In this document: positions 52,940 to 53,444 of the stretch, piece after piece
Layout: the number at the start of each line of letters is the position of its first letter
Position numbering within the stretch: the stretch's first letter is position 1
DNA from: Alphaproteobacteria bacterium
Lineage (GTDB): Bacteria; Pseudomonadota; Alphaproteobacteria; UBA9219
DNA length: 53,444 nucleotides
Direction: 5' to 3'
Assembly (NCBI GenBank): GCA_028692635.1
Contig: JAQUWX010000002.1
Span: forward strand, 1 to 53,444
The notes under the pieces: model-generated
What the model was told of the DNA's origin: nothing
The model's input: only the letters and a program-made list of their open reading frames with translations
Databases searched by the model: none
Program-made: the position numbers and the translations under genes

Positions 52940-53444
52940 TCAATTAGGCCCGTTATTCTGTGGAGTTATCATTTTTTGTCTGTTTTTAACCCCAGAGTAT
53001 TTCTTTTCCAAAACCATCACTTCTTCAGGAGATATCTTTGTAAATAAAATTGGGGTTTGGTTGAGTTTTTCCCCGCCTTGGATTTTATAAAATGTTGCCT
53101 CATCAAGCCGCTTTGGCCAGGTCCAATCAAAATCGCCTGACGCGAATAGTTCCCCAATTCTTTCAGCCGATTGCGGAATAACTGGTTTAGAAAGCGTTGC
53201 AAAAAGCCTGGCCAAATTAACCGAAGTGTTCATTACAACAGCAGCGCGTTTTATATCTTCTTTTATCAATTTCCAAGGAGCGGTTGCATCAAAATAGCCA
53301 TTTCCAATAGACCATATAGTACGAAGACTTCTCATTGCCTTGCGATATTCCATAGCCTGAAGATTTTTTGAATAATTTCCTATTTCAGCATTTAAATCCG
53401 CTATCAATTGCTTCTCGGGTTCTCCGATATTTTCAGCGGGCGGA
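52940..53444 (-). CDS. metG: methionyl-tRNA synthetase, C-terminal part (gene continues beyond the window)
   Basis: The anticodon-binding helix bundle ...YRKAMRSLRTIWSIGNGYFDATAPWKLIKED... is typical of MetRS. The frame stays open to the window edge. Confidence 0.75.
   Translation of the reverse strand, partial: PPAENIGEPEKQLIADLNAEIGNYSKNLQAMEYRKAMRSLRTIWSIGNGYFDATAPWKLIKEDIKRAAVVMNTSVNLARLFATLSKPVIPQSAERIGELFASGDFDWTWPKRLDEATFYKIQGGEKLNQTPILFTKISPEEVMVLEKKYSGVKNRQKMITPQNNGPN

Overview
This is a mosaic accessory region, most likely from an alphaproteobacterium. The taxonomic cues are an alpha-type PheA with an LESY ACT motif, an N-terminal remnant of a GTA g13 / DUF2163 gene, and many XRE regulators carrying LxGAQLRAAR-type helices. 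I support about 70 coding regions and found no rRNA, tRNA or CRISPR array.

Main blocks, in order:
- (1) 85-3498: a tight minus-strand operon of MazG-like, unknown, long-form PurM-like, SDR and short HisG-like genes.
- (2) 3539-9611 and 26124-33049: two paralogous XRE-rich modules of 8 and 10 genes, in the same order and orientation. Each ends in a NUDIX hydrolase. Each faces a divergent XRE gene followed by different acyl/aminoacyl-transferase-type cargo.
- (3) 10322-13930: a TetR / HlyD / ABC-2 efflux operon with a perfect 30-bp operator palindrome.
- (4) pheA, then an orphan phage lysis-like cassette with overlapped spanin-like genes.
- (5) A degraded ISAs1-family transposase.
- (6) 18936-22912: a proline-themed operon of an SSS symporter, an archaeal/eukaryote-type ProRS paralog and a proline iminopeptidase.
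- (7) A porin-like outer-membrane protein, a membrane protein and a LuxR-type regulator.
- (8) 33689-38015: a 4-kb islet bounded by about 140-bp direct repeats. It carries a metallophosphoesterase, a stand-alone OLD-family ATPase/TOPRIM nuclease and a SAM methyltransferase, next to a restriction-enzyme remnant.
- (9) 38101-47244: an anaerobe-style redox / Fe-S block (Trx-like, CcdA-like, DUF134, NifX-like, two MinD-ferredoxin ATPases, NifX-like), followed by ArsR, permease, CDF, Trx-like and DGC genes and a truncated NifX-like copy.
- (10) 47386-52917: a trehalose cluster with a membrane-anchored OtsA, a GT4 and OtsB, then an NhaD-like transporter and the 3' part of metG.

Three unrelated families of noncoding repeats sit at the junctions between these blocks. 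The most promising candidates for undescribed biology are the duplicated XRE/NUDIX modules with swappable cargo, the HisG/PurM/MazG operon, the ProRS-paralog operon and the repeat-bounded OLD islet. All functional calls rest on motif recognition by eye. No database search was possible.
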